Notes: generated by a model from the sequence alone, not told the origin. Counted from the first letter of the stretch, positions 48,739 to 59,473 are shown. The stretch is DNA of 64,000 bases from an uncultured Verrucomicrobiae bacterium (GCA_963832325.1 CAWHTR010000002.1:7113-71112); one strand, 5' to 3'. Numbers and translations: made by a program.

Positions 48739-48999
48739 TCACTCCGTCGTCGCGACCGCCAATTCCCGCGCGAGGTCGTCGGAGTCCAAATCGGTAACGG
48801 GCATTCCACGGCAGCCCGCCGCGAGAAGAAAGTCCGCACGATTCATTCCCGCCATGCGAGCCGCCTGTCCCGAACTCAGCCGCCCCGTGCAAAAATAATG
48901 GAAGGCGATTTCTCTCTGCGCTTCCTTGGACAATTCTTCCAAAGAAATCGCCTGCTGAACCACGAGGGCATCCGGGATCTTGAGCGTCAACGTTTTCAT
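48739..48999 (-). CDS. UPF0175-family antitoxin
   Basis: ...EAQREIAFHYFCTGRLSSGQAARMAGMNRADFLLAAG is the UPF0175 HTH signature. Confidence 0.8.
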   Translation of the reverse strand: MKTLTLKIPDALVVQQAISLEELSKEAQREIAFHYFCTGRLSSGQAARMAGMNRADFLLAAGCRGMPVTDLDSDDLARELAVATTE

Positions 49000-49007
49000 G
49001 CACCCAT

Positions 49008-49036
49008 CCTATCCTCTGATTTTCGCAAAATCGCAA
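49008..49036 (-). promoter_or_regulatory. Promoter-like element with a 6-3-6 palindrome upstream of the UPF0175 gene
   Basis: Minus strand reads TTGCGA-N17-GATAGG-N8-ATG. GATTTT-CGC-AAAATC (49018-32) lies in the spacer. Confidence 0.3.
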
Positions 49037-49059
49037 GACTGCGGACAATTCGCCGTCAA

Positions 49060-49462
49060 TCCAGTCCCCCTCACAGACTCGCTACAAGCCACCAGCCACT
49101 CAACACTCGCCACTGGTTATTGGCTATTGGTTATTGGTTGATAGTTGTTGGTTGATAGTTGTTGGTTATTGGAGCCCCTCGATAGACTCGTTGATGCCAT
49201 TCCCTTCTGGATCCGGCACCCCTTCCGGGCTGGCCCGACTGACGGACCAGTCTATCTCGATCGGCCACCACCGATCTCGATTCGCTCCCGCTCATGTCGC
49301 CCTGCGGGCCGTCGCTTTGCTCCAGTCTGCCCCGAGCCGTCCCACGGCTCCGGTGCTCTCGACTCTGGACACTTGACTTCCCAACTCTGCGTCTCTGCGC
49401 CTCTGCGCGAGCTCGCATTGGTATACCGAATTACTTTTTGAGCCTTTTGCGCCTGTTTGCGG
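49060..49462. repeat. Repeat block I
   Basis: CCCCTCACAGACTCGC (49067-82, identical 16-mer inside the epimerase CDS at 47715-30), GGTTATTGG microsatellite, TTCGCTCCCGCTCA..GCCCTGCGGGC module, and forward core 49385-49411. Confidence 0.8.
49115..49172. repeat. Short tandem repeat (GGTTATTGG / TTGATAGTTGTTGG units)
   Basis: Reads GGTTATTGG CTATTGG TTATTGG TTGATAGTTGTTGG TTGATAGTTGTTGG TTATTGG. Confidence 0.85.
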
Positions 49463-49870
49463 CTAAACTTCACTCGTCTTCAACGGCTTAACGCACCCGC
49501 CAAGTTTCCGCAGCAAACACCCGAGAGACAATCCGACGAATCCGCCGAGCGCGCCCCACCCCACGTCTTGGATCGAGGCCGTGCGGCTGGGAACAAAATA
49601 CTGCGCACCTTCGACCAGGAGCACCAAGGCAACGAGCACCACCGCCGAAACGATCACGCGCCGCCCAGACCGCGACAAGAACCCCGTCACCCCGCCGAGC
49701 AGCAGAAACGGCACCGCCGTCCGCACATCCTCGCCACCCCGCCCGTCGGCCCACTTCGTCAGAACCGTCGGCAGCCAGTCGATCTCTCCGAGGTGTGGAG
49801 AGGGACGAATCGAGAAATAGACAATCAGCCCGACGAGGACAGCGCCAACGACAACTAAAAGGAAACGCAT
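49463..49870 (-). CDS. VanZ-family membrane protein
   Basis: 135 aa, four TM helices, and the ...EGAQYFVPSRTASIQDVGWGALG motif typical of VanZ-like proteins. Confidence 0.75.
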   Translation of the reverse strand: MRFLLVVVGAVLVGLIVYFSIRPSPHLGEIDWLPTVLTKWADGRGGEDVRTAVPFLLLGGVTGFLSRSGRRVIVSAVVLVALVLLVEGAQYFVPSRTASIQDVGWGALGGFVGLSLGCLLRKLGGCVKPLKTSEV

Positions 49871-49900
49871 CGTCAGGTGTAAAAAGGGGCAACCCTTAGC

Positions 49901-49987
49901 GGGTTACGAGTGACGAGTTGCGGGTTACGAGTTGCGGGCACCTCCGCGCCTCTGCGCCTCCGCGCGAGAACCCGTATTCGTATTTCC
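49901..49987. repeat. Repeat block J (overlaps the 3' end of the GT4 gene)
   Basis: GGGTTACGAGT tandem motif followed by forward core CCTCCGCGCCTCTGCGCCTCCGCGCGAG (49941-68) and a loop-like CCCGTATTCGTATT. Confidence 0.8.
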
Positions 49988-51196
49988 GCCCTCTCCAGCC
50001 AGCCGCAACAATTCGCTCTCATACATCGCCAGGATTCGATCCCTTCGATAATTCTCAGCCCACTCCACCGCCCGTGCTCCCAGCTCGACTAGGGTGGCCG
50101 GTTGACGCTCCCATCGGTCGAGCACTTCGCGTAAAGCCTCAACGTCGCCCGGTTCCACGATCTCGCCGAAACCACCGCGCCCGACTTCGAGACCCAGCGG
50201 GCTATCCGCCTCGCACACCGCAAGCACCGGGGTCCCGGCCGCGAGCGCCGGCAAGAGTTTGCTCGGCAGAAAATTCGCTCCGACCCCGGGCATCTGCGTC
50301 ACCAGACACGCCGCGCACGACATGAGAGCCGTCACGTAATCCGCCTCCGACCGCACTCCGCCAAACTCGATGTGCTCGTTGCCTTCGATCGAGGCCCGCA
50401 GCTGATCCAACTGAATCCCGCCGCCCCGGATCTGCATCGTCCAATTCGCCTTCGCCGCCATGAAGGACTCGAGGAAATGCGGCAGACCCTGCTTGATCCC
50501 GAGATTTCCGCTGTAAAGCAATACCCCCGACCGCTCCCAATCGGTCGCCCGCGTCTGACGTCCCACCTCGTCCGCCAGACTTTGATGAATCCAATTCGGA
50601 ATCATCCGCAATCTCCGACCCTCGCCGACAATCTCCCGTAGTTTGCCGAGCATTCGATCACTGATGGTCGAAAGCGTCGTTGCCGAGCGATAGGTCCACC
50701 GCTCGAGCAATCGCAGCGGTGTTCCGATAAACGGCACCTTCAGTATTCCCAGTTCCAAGGCCGCATCCACGACGAAATCCTGCACAACGATCATCCGCGG
50801 GATTCGCTTCCCGAGATAAATAAACCGTTGGGCCAGGCATTGGGAAAACATCGGCGAAGCCGCCAGGATCACGTCCGGAGTCCACTCCCTGAACTTCCCT
50901 CGTCGCAGAATGGACAAAAGAAAGCTCAGATCCGAAAGCAGACGTTTGGATCCGGTCGGCTGGGCCGGAACATACATCGCGAGTCGCTGCACTGGAATCC
51001 CATTCCAAACCTCGTCACGCGATGCCACACCGACATCCTCTGCCCGCAGTTTCCAGGCCGGATAATACGAGAAGGTGCACAGCACTCGCACGTCATGACC
51101 CTGCTCCTTGAGATACAAAGCAAGGTCTGTAAACAATGCCGCACCCGCCAACTCGTCCGGGTAAAACAGATGCGAATGTAGGTAGATTTTACTCAC
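49925..51196 (-). CDS. Glycosyltransferase family 4 (WcaI-like)
   Basis: MSKIYLHSHLFYPDELAGAALFTDLALYLKEQGHDV N-terminus and a GT-B C-terminal domain. The last ~20 codons are encoded by repeat block J. Confidence 0.85.
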   Translation of the reverse strand: MSKIYLHSHLFYPDELAGAALFTDLALYLKEQGHDVRVLCTFSYYPAWKLRAEDVGVASRDEVWNGIPVQRLAMYVPAQPTGSKRLLSDLSFLLSILRRGKFREWTPDVILAASPMFSQCLAQRFIYLGKRIPRMIVVQDFVVDAALELGILKVPFIGTPLRLLERWTYRSATTLSTISDRMLGKLREIVGEGRRLRMIPNWIHQSLADEVGRQTRATDWERSGVLLYSGNLGIKQGLPHFLESFMAAKANWTMQIRGGGIQLDQLRASIEGNEHIEFGGVRSEADYVTALMSCAACLVTQMPGVGANFLPSKLLPALAAGTPVLAVCEADSPLGLEVGRGGFGEIVEPGDVEALREVLDRWERQPATLVELGARAVEWAENYRRDRILAMYESELLRLAGEGGNTNTGSRAEAQRRGGARNS

Positions 51197-51359
51197 TCTA
51201 AACGAGGGCTTTGGCTCGAAACGTAACTCTCAAATAACCTTGAGCTGATGACTTCAAGTGGACCCATGCGGTGCGGTGAGACCAATTACACTTATGGCGA
51301 TTAATCTTGCGGACTGACAACAAACGAATGAACGGATCGCTCAGGGAACTACTCACACA

Positions 51360-52100
51360 CTATCTACCGAAAAGGAAATCTGCCTGAACGAGATCTCCTT
51401 CAATGAGCATTTCATTGTGACGCGAGATCTCGCGAAACCCACGGTCAGCGAGAAATCCCGCGACCTCCACGTAGAGCGCCTGTCCCTCGTAGAGCTCCCG
51501 CGCCGAGCATTCCGCATACACGTAGGCGCAGCGGGCCAACGTCTCCGTTGCGCCCTCAAGGACCTTGAGTTCAAAGCCCTGAACATCGAGCTTGAGCAGA
51601 CCTTTCGAAAAGTCCCCGAGCTCAATCAAATACCCATCCAACCTCCGAACCGGGACGGTGAGCGTGCCCGCCTCATCCGTGCCGGAAAATATTTCCCGCT
51701 GCGCCCGCCCGATCGGCAGCAATGACGAGCTGTCTGCGCGGCGACTCACGTGAAGAATCGCCTCGCCATCCTCCGGCCCAAGAGCCACTTCCTTGAGCCG
51801 CACGCCTGGCCAATTCCCATGAACTTTTCGGAAGATCTCCGCCTCACCAGGAATCGGCTCGAACGAAACAATGGGGACGCCAGGCCTGGCAATGCGGCAA
51901 GCGAGGGAAAACTGACCGCGATTCGCGCCGACATCCAAAATTAGGTCAATCTCAAGCCGCTGGAGCACCGACAGATGATCCACCGTCGGCGCGACGCCAA
52001 GGGCGAGCGGCCGCCAACAAGCAGGATGCAAAACCGCTGTTGCAATCTTACGGATACGTAGGGATGTTAGGCTTGACACGACTGACTTGAATTTAATCAA
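51360..52100 (-). CDS. FkbM-family methyltransferase
   Basis: LILDVGANRGQFSL is the SAM motif, in an FkbM-type layout. Confidence 0.85.
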   Translation of the reverse strand: MIKFKSVVSSLTSLRIRKIATAVLHPACWRPLALGVAPTVDHLSVLQRLEIDLILDVGANRGQFSLACRIARPGVPIVSFEPIPGEAEIFRKVHGNWPGVRLKEVALGPEDGEAILHVSRRADSSSLLPIGRAQREIFSGTDEAGTLTVPVRRLDGYLIELGDFSKGLLKLDVQGFELKVLEGATETLARCAYVYAECSARELYEGQALYVEVAGFLADRGFREISRHNEMLIEGDLVQADFLFGR

Positions 52101-52196
52101 TTCTGAGAGCTAATTCGGATTGAACTGCACTGCACCGAAAACGGCAATTCGAAACTTCCCCCGCCGCCCCGTCACAAATGCACAAACCTAGTCGCG

Positions 52197-53333
52197 TCAA
52201 GAAGACACCAAAAGCTCCAGCAGATCCCGATAGCGTTGAGTAAGCATCTCTGGCCGGAAACGCGCCGCAGTTCGCATCGCCGCGGCCTTAATCTCTTCGC
52301 CTCGATTAGCCAATTCTGATCGAACCTCTAGAATTCCTTGGGCGACAGAGCGGGCATCCCGCTCGCAAACCCAAGAAGCTCCACCGCCGACTAGCTCGCT
52401 CCAGATGTAGACCTCTTTGCTGATCAAACACGGCAAACTTGCGTCAAGCGCTTCAATCACTGAAAAACCAAAGTTTTCATTGTCAGAAACGAGCGCAAAA
52501 AGATCTGCCGCCGACAGTGCGTTGGCCTTCTCACGACCTTCCAGATGTCCGAGAAAATCAATCTTCACACCCATTTTCGCACCTGCTTTCTCCCTAATTA
52601 TTCGCTCAAACCTATGTTCACCAGCACCCGCTATTAGCAGACGCAGCCCGGGACAAATCTTGCTTGCCTGCTCAAAACCGTCAATCACCCAATCGAGCCC
52701 TTTTTTATAGTTAATTCTCGACATAAAGAGGACGACAAATTCTGCCTCTTCTATCCCTAGAGCACGCCTCGAACACTGTCGCGTGACGTCGGCGAACGGC
52801 GCAACCTCGGAAACCGGCCACGGAACTACAAAACGCTGCACCATGGCCCCATACGTTTCTAATACCTCGCGCTCCTTGGACGCTGAACACACGACTCCCG
52901 CGGCCCCATCCAAATATTTCCTGATAACGGCCGGACCCAAAATACGTTTCACCAATCTCCCCTTCTGCAGATCAAACGGATCCAAGGAACCATGCGGACA
53001 AATAGCGTACGGAATCCCGCGGGATCTACATATTGATGCCGCTTGATGGTAAATGCCCGCCCAAACACCGTGCATCAGACATATAGACCCGCGAGGCTCG
53101 ACGCCGTTAATGTATGCGGCAGCTCGCTGCGAAAAAGAATACCTCGCGGGAAAAGACCTGCGAAACGCATTCACACCGAATTCCTCTAGACCGCTACTCG
53201 CATCACACGTAACGACATTTACGTCTACTCCTAGGCGCATGAACATTTTCGACAACTCCCTAACTGCAGTTGTCAAGCCTCCAGCCAAAGGCGAAAACGA
53301 ATTTGTTACATTAATAATCCGTCGTTCCATCAC
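52197..53333 (-). CDS. Glycosyltransferase family 4 (GT-B)
   Basis: The SPLAGGLTTAV N-terminal motif and ...FALVSDNENFGFSVIEALDASLPCLIS (E-x7-E region). Confidence 0.85.
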   Translation of the reverse strand: MMERRIINVTNSFSPLAGGLTTAVRELSKMFMRLGVDVNVVTCDASSGLEEFGVNAFRRSFPARYSFSQRAAAYINGVEPRGSICLMHGVWAGIYHQAASICRSRGIPYAICPHGSLDPFDLQKGRLVKRILGPAVIRKYLDGAAGVVCSASKEREVLETYGAMVQRFVVPWPVSEVAPFADVTRQCSRRALGIEEAEFVVLFMSRINYKKGLDWVIDGFEQASKICPGLRLLIAGAGEHRFERIIREKAGAKMGVKIDFLGHLEGREKANALSAADLFALVSDNENFGFSVIEALDASLPCLISKEVYIWSELVGGGASWVCERDARSVAQGILEVRSELANRGEEIKAAAMRTAARFRPEMLTQRYRDLLELLVSS

Positions 53334-53387
53334 TCAATCTTCAATGTTAAAAATCAATGCCCACACCCAAATTGACGATTGAGATCA

Positions 53388-54332
53388 TCATCTTACCAAC
53401 TGTCGGATCTTATAAAAGAGAGCCTCCGGAATAAAAACCGAGATAAACATTCTTAGGATTTTGGAAACTGAGGTATAGCGATATGCCATTTCGAACAATT
53501 GCTCATCACGGTCCTCCGAAACGTCTTCTAACTTAACATTGTCGATCAAATGACTCTCGTCAAACGACAAGCCGACGAAGCGAGACTCCTTCGAAGAGTG
53601 AGTAGCGCCGGGTCCGCAACCAACATTCTGGGCCAAATTGACCGGAGGGGCGACCGCGAATCCATTTCTTCTCCAAATGGTTAATGACCAACGCATTGCC
53701 CATGTCGAACACTTTCTTTGATGAGCAAGAGTCAGCATCAAATATAGCGCCGCTCGCAACCTAAAACTTTTCCCACACCATCTCAAATCGCGCCATAATC
53801 CGAATACTCTGTTTTCGACAATAATCTCCTCATTGTAATAGTCCCAACGATCCGCCCAGGTCGCCCAACCCCAGCACGAAACGTATTTGGTCATAAACGG
53901 GCACCCAAAGGAGCGCGACTCCCGAAGCATCACCGCAGAACTGATCTGCATTACTGAAGGATCATTGGCGCAACTACCGTCGACTAGCCGAACGAATTCG
54001 AAAAATGAGGCTGAAACCCTAACATCGTCTTCAAGGATAATTCCCATACGTTCGTGAGAGAAAAACCAGGTAATAGCATCCTCTACGGCTCGTTGGAGCC
54101 CAAGGTTCCTACTGCGAAATCGATAGGAGGCACTTACCGCCCAATCGATAGCTTCACAGGCGCTCCTGCATTCATCGACCAAAACAGACTCAGCGTTGTT
54201 CCTAGGTCCGTCTAGCGCGATATACACTCGCGCCGTTCCAATTTCTTGCAACCTATCTAAAACTTCTCGCAGGAGTTTCGGACGATTAAACCCCAACACG
54301 AGGACTGGAATATCCGAGCTTTTCTTAAACAT
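53388..54332 (-). CDS. Putative GT-A-fold glycosyltransferase
   Basis: ATG 54332 (MFKKSSDIPVLVLGFNRP...) and an acidic ILEDDV motif. Family assignment is tentative. Confidence 0.55.
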   Translation of the reverse strand: MFKKSSDIPVLVLGFNRPKLLREVLDRLQEIGTARVYIALDGPRNNAESVLVDECRSACEAIDWAVSASYRFRSRNLGLQRAVEDAITWFFSHERMGIILEDDVRVSASFFEFVRLVDGSCANDPSVMQISSAVMLRESRSFGCPFMTKYVSCWGWATWADRWDYYNEEIIVENRVFGLWRDLRWCGKSFRLRAALYLMLTLAHQRKCSTWAMRWSLTIWRRNGFAVAPPVNLAQNVGCGPGATHSSKESRFVGLSFDESHLIDNVKLEDVSEDRDEQLFEMAYRYTSVSKILRMFISVFIPEALFYKIRQLVR

Positions 54333-54716
54333 CGCTATTTTTTCCTGCGCGAATACGCGAACGTTGCAAAAGTTTACTCCGCCAACAAACAACGCTACTA
54401 ATCAACTCCTTCAAACCCTCGGTTAACCAAAGACCGTGAACGCGTTAAGCTTGGTGTTAGAATCGATTCTGAATTATGCAGAGTCATGACGTCATCTCTA
54501 GAAGAAGTTGTGACAGCCCGCTTGATACGGATCAACCTTGCGGGCAGATAGAACCACCGATCACTGATTGTCGCTACATTGCGCGAGAAGGACAAATCTC
54601 TACTCAAATAATTTTTCCTTTTGGCAGCACAACGGAATCGGTTCCAATACTGATTGCAAATCCATCATTGCGCGTGAATTTCTGATTTTTCGCAGGCTCT
54701 TTTAAAACAATTTGAA

Positions 54717-55490
54717 TTAACAAAAGATTGATTCCATCTGCTCTACGCTAGAGAATGAGTGATTAGCCCTGAAGAATCCATTCTCTTTAACGAAGACAAT
54801 ATCTATCTGTCCAAGAGCATTATCGAGCGGGCGGTTCCAACCGAGAATAATATCATAGGCAACATAGTTCCTTTGTTTCATATATGAGATCACTTCAAAA
54901 AGCTCCGGGGCTCCGATCATAAATTTAAACATAGACGCCTCCAATACAACTACCTCGGCTTGCTCAAGGGCCTGCGTTGCTCCGTCGAGTGCTGCCAACT
55001 CGGCCCCTTGCGCATCCACTTTGATGAGAAACGGACCACACAGTTTTTTTTCTTGAACTAGATCATCGATCGCTACGACAGGGACCTTGATTTGAACGCC
55101 GTCAGCTTCACTTCCCATTGATTCCTTAAATAGCGAAGAGCCCGACAAATGATTCTCATGAACGTTGAAGCTGGTCTCTCCAGATTTCGCCCCCGCGGCC
55201 GCCAAAACGTATGAACCCTTGTATTGCTTCAGAATGGCTTGTAAGGCGGATTCAAACTGAACGAGTGGCTCTACCAACAGAAAACACGAATCCTGAAAAG
55301 CTTCGTACAATTCGGGCGTCCCCGACGCGACACCCACATCGATGATCGTAGAGGGTTTGAAACCAAGACGCGAAATCAGTGCATATGACTCCTCAATGCC
55401 CATCCGCAGATGTTCCGAACCCTTTCGACGTCGGCTAATATCGAAGCCAAGCAACCTGCCAACTTGTTTCCCTATTCTTGATACCTTCAT
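54717..55490 (-). CDS. FkbM-family methyltransferase
   Basis: IIDVGVASGTPELYEAF is the SAM motif. The C-terminal half is typical of FkbM. Confidence 0.85.
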   Translation of the reverse strand: MKVSRIGKQVGRLLGFDISRRRKGSEHLRMGIEESYALISRLGFKPSTIIDVGVASGTPELYEAFQDSCFLLVEPLVQFESALQAILKQYKGSYVLAAAGAKSGETSFNVHENHLSGSSLFKESMGSEADGVQIKVPVVAIDDLVQEKKLCGPFLIKVDAQGAELAALDGATQALEQAEVVVLEASMFKFMIGAPELFEVISYMKQRNYVAYDIILGWNRPLDNALGQIDIVFVKENGFFRANHSFSSVEQMESIFC

Positions 55491-55659
55491 AATATATATT
55501 TATCGCACTGTCTGAAATACCTTCATTTATTAAACAATTAGTTACTCTCTCTGCGGCCGAATAGAAACGTTTTTGGCGAAGCTTATAAAGCTCCCCCGGA
55601 ATCGTCAAGTTGCATTGGTAGACTTCGGGAGACTAAAAGTTCATTTTAGAACTATGCCT

Positions 55660-56491
55660 CTATATTCGTCGAAGAAAAAATCGACACATTGCCTTTGAGA
55701 TGATTAGCAAAATGTTGAAACAGCGAGTTCCAAGCGGAGCGTGATCAATGACAAATCGTAAATGGTAGTATGGGTTTCTCGGATTCTTGATTGAAAGAAA
55801 TTCCCTCCAACCCGGGCGCACCCGTCTCGACTTTTCTGATCTCTGCACAAGACTATCTGGAAAACCGATCGTCAATCCCGGCCCCGACGTGAATTTGTAA
55901 CCTTTCTTCCAAAGACGGTATGTATAATCGATATCGGACAAGTAATGGGGATATCTCGCCCCATTAACTCCGTCGCAGCGAATGCAATCGTCGTATCGAA
56001 AGAAAATGGCCCGGGTTGGTACGGCCATCGCCTTTGTAAAATCTTGCGTTTCCTTCATTCTATATGGAAACCAGCTGATCGCGAAACCCACATACTCAAT
56101 TCCGTTAGTCCTGTTGATCAAATGTGCGCAAACAACCGTTTTGGGCTGCAACGCATTTGAGTTCGGCCACGATCCCTCCGAAGAAATCCGGCCCAAAGAA
56201 CGTGTCGTCATTCATAATGCCAATGTAATCGAAGACCATGGCTGGATTACATTTGAGCCATTCGTGAGCCATAGCCAAACCTCCTCCCCAAAATTGCTTC
56301 CCATCACCTGTCAGAACGTGACAGCTTGGCCCAAGAATGCGGAGAACTCGCTGAACCGTATCATCTGTCGAACCGTCATCGACTAATAATACCTCTACCT
56401 TGAGGTTCGATGCACTCACCTGCCGGCAAAACTCTTCGGTGATGTCAGGTCTATTATGAACGACAGTTATGATAAGAAGCTTGCTGGTCAT
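55660..56491 (-). pseudogene. Glycosyltransferase family 2 split by an apparent frameshift
   Basis: N-terminal ORF 56105..56491 (LLIITVVHNRPD...LLVDDGSTDDT...MNDDTFF) and C-terminal ORF 55660..56211 overlap by 107 nt in different frames (+1 shift). Confidence 0.7.
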
Positions 56492-56785
56492 ATCGCTTTT
56501 CCCTCTAAGCAGGTCGGAGTTGCATGTTCCACCGAGAAGACCGGCCTTTTTCTCTTAGGCTTTCTCGATGATTTGCATTGAGCAGGCTTCGGAGGACTCA
56601 TACAGAATATTTCTCGAAGGCCCCGTTTAGTTTCTTGGATGGCGCGTGGGAACGATGCTGCCATATTGATTGGCGATGATGTCGCGCGCACCACTCTCAC
56701 CTGTAATAAAGCTGTTACTTGCGCTCCAAATCGGATATCGCCGGGATATATTGAATCAGGTCCTGCCCTGAGCCAGAGTTACAGG

Positions 56786-58045
56786 TCATCTATTCATAGA
56801 CTGAAGCTTGATAGCCTCCACCTTTTCGGCCGGTCGCAACTTTAGGCCTCGAGACATACTCATTTTAAGAAACACGGAAATCCTCTGACTCAATCGATCA
56901 AGACTTACCCGTTCGCGCAATTCCGCCCCGGAGCATTCCTTGGGATCAAGAATTCTGTCGCGCGCCTCAGACAAGTCCTTGCAGAGATGGTAATGTCGCC
57001 CGGGTATCGCCACCGACCAACGGGCAGCTTGGGCGTTTGCCAGCACAATTGTTCCAGAGACAACGGCTTCCTGGAACTTGACGCTTGTTCCGGTTTCTCC
57101 GTCAGACCAAAAAAGAACCTGGCGACAGGAGCGGAGAAACTCGACTGCATCAGGAACTCTTCCGAGCAGTCTAACGTTTGCGGGAATCGTATATCCCAAG
57201 AGATCTTCGCAGATCGCGCCGGCGACAGCAAAGCGCTTGTCGGATAGCGTCTCATCCCTTGCGATCTCAAGAAGATGCCCGACTCCCCCGAGAGGCCCTT
57301 ATGGCGGCCTCCGATATATCCCACATCCCATTCCGGCGAGACCTTGCCCTTGCTAAACGCTGGCGGCGGCGAGATGCAAGTTTCCTCGAGCAAGACGCGC
57401 CCGGGCACTGCCTTATCGAAGAACCCGAAGTCCTCCAACGATATCGCGAGGACCCCACAACACCCCGACACTAGCCGGGACTCCTCCTTTTCGATAAGTT
57501 CTGACAACCTCAGCCGGGAGAAGCCCGGCAATTTGGCGCCCTCGAATGATTGAATCGTAGCATCTCGTCAGGTTGGCAACAGAATCGTTCGCATCAAGAA
57601 AAACAGACTGATCTGATCTTGCATTCACTAGAATCGGAGTCAGATCGCACCTTGCCAGCCAAATTGTCGCACCAGCCTTTGCGCGTAGCAGCGCCGCGAC
57701 ATTGCCGCCAATACAAAGATCTGCCCCGCCACAAATCGTAACAAGTCGGGTCCGACAGCTCTGCAGCCACCTCGCGCCTAAAAAATTAAAACCCCGCCAC
57801 ATGAAAAGACTGATACGCCCTCGCATCGAATTCTTCCAATCCAAGTATCGGGATGGGTGCAATCTCTTCCACCCTCTTTCTTTTAGAAGAGCCTCGTTCT
57901 CAGGCGACTCGGCGGGACTTACGAGGATCCTTTCCGAATACTCCGTTTGCCTTTCAAGGACGGAGAGCATCAGCGCCGTTCGAGACGCAAGACCACTGTT
58001 TTTATCAAGGAACCTCCGCGCGTGAATAAAAATTAACGTTTTCAT
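56786..58045 (-). pseudogene. Glycosyltransferase family 4 split by two apparent frameshifts
   Basis: Three successive frames: MKTLIFIHARR... (from ATG 58045), ...LPGFSRLRLSELIEKEE...WDVGYIGGRHKG, and ...GPLGGVGHLLEIARDETLSDKRFAVAGAICEDLLGYTIPANVRLLGRVPD.... Shifts lie near 57500-57540 and 57294-57298. Confidence 0.65.
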
Positions 58046-58061
58046 TCCTGAAAATTCGAGG

Positions 58062-59473
58062 CTACGGCACCACATTCATTCTACCCGGCTCAGCCGATAT
58101 GACGCGACGCTGCTTTCGTGCTTGTTGCCTGCTTGAATAGATCAACGCTTGGCTTTGCCACGCATAGGCGAGCGCTGAAGAAAAGACAACCATCTCGACA
58201 TAGGGCAGCAACTCTACGGTTAAGCCAAGCGCAACGAGAGCGACGACCAACGCTATGGAAACACTCCGAGCACCCGGCACTGCGCTCCTAGCAATTGATC
58301 GATACGCTTCACGTAACATGAAAACCAGCGCAATCATTCCAAAAACTCCACCGTATCCCATGATGTTAAAGATATACCCCTTGAACCCCATGTATCGCTC
58401 ACTCGCATACATCAGCAACATCTCCGGCGTCGGCACTATCGCGTCCAACGCTTCCCGGGTATAAACTGCGCCATTGGTATAACCAACTCCGGTCGGATGG
58501 AAAAACATCCCATACATAGCAAGTCTGGCGCTTTCGATCCGGGTATTTAACCCGGCTCCACTTTTGGAATCAAATCCGTAATTCAATAGCAGACTGATGT
58601 TCTCAAATTCCCTTCTAAGATAATCGCCAGAGTCTGTATCCTTCAAAACCGGCCATGCAAAGAATCCCCCCAAAAGCATACCTCCTACGATGAGGATAGA
58701 TAACACTCTTTGCTTGGAAACTCGTCTCTCATTTAAGAGCCAGACAGAAACAAAATACCCGGCTGCCGCCGCAACAATCATGACGAGACTCGACTTTGTT
58801 TTGGCTAAAAACATAGTTGCCAAGCCGATGGCAACGCTTCCGGAACAAACCGCAAGCCAAAAGCGGCCGGGATTGTAACGCCGGTCACTCAGCGCGACAG
58901 CCAAAATCGCTACATTTAGTATAATAAAGTAGGCGGTCATTCCCCCAACGACTCCGGCTTCAAAAGTGAAACCACCCACTCGATCGCCATAGGTGCGTCC
59001 CATTAGAAGGGGGATGTACGCATCACTAAAAATCGGGAATGGCAACTTTTCCCAGACGGGCCCCGGTACAAATCGACGAGCACGCCTACGAATTCCGCAA
59101 ACAACCAGCCGCAGTTAAAAATGATTAACCCACGCAGGCTGATCGAACGAATAAAGCAAATCACAAGGCATGCGATTATATATGAACGAATAACATACAG
59201 AGCCTGCCCATAGCTACCATCCCCGGTGAAGGCTACGACCAGAAGTCCGACGAGCCCAACGTAGGCCGAGTAAATCGCAACGATTATGGACCATCGCGAT
59301 AGGACAACTTTCGGATCGAGGACCAGAATCAACCCGAAAAGAGGCACTAGCAGTCGGACTTGGATCGGAAACTGAGGGAAGACAAACAGAATGGAAACAA
59401 AAGCCGCTGAAATCATCCAGCAGACCCATCGCGAGAAACTGACATTCGCATTCACGGCTTTCCACTCGCCCAA
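58062..59473 (-). pseudogene. Wzy-type O-antigen/EPS polymerase-like membrane protein split by an apparent frameshift
   Basis: ORFs 59003..59473 and 58062..59045 are both polytopic. Adding one G to the GGG run at 59058-60 joins them as ...VLVDLYRGPVWEKLPFPIFSDAYIPLL.... Confidence 0.6.

Noticed and set aside
40800-49990. CRISPR array interpretation of the recurrent CTCTGCGCCTCTGCGC repeats
   Set aside because: Spacing is irregular, from tens of bp to more than 1 kb. The repeat occurs in both orientations as hairpin arms. The sequences between copies are themselves repeated modules or whole genes. No cas genes are present.
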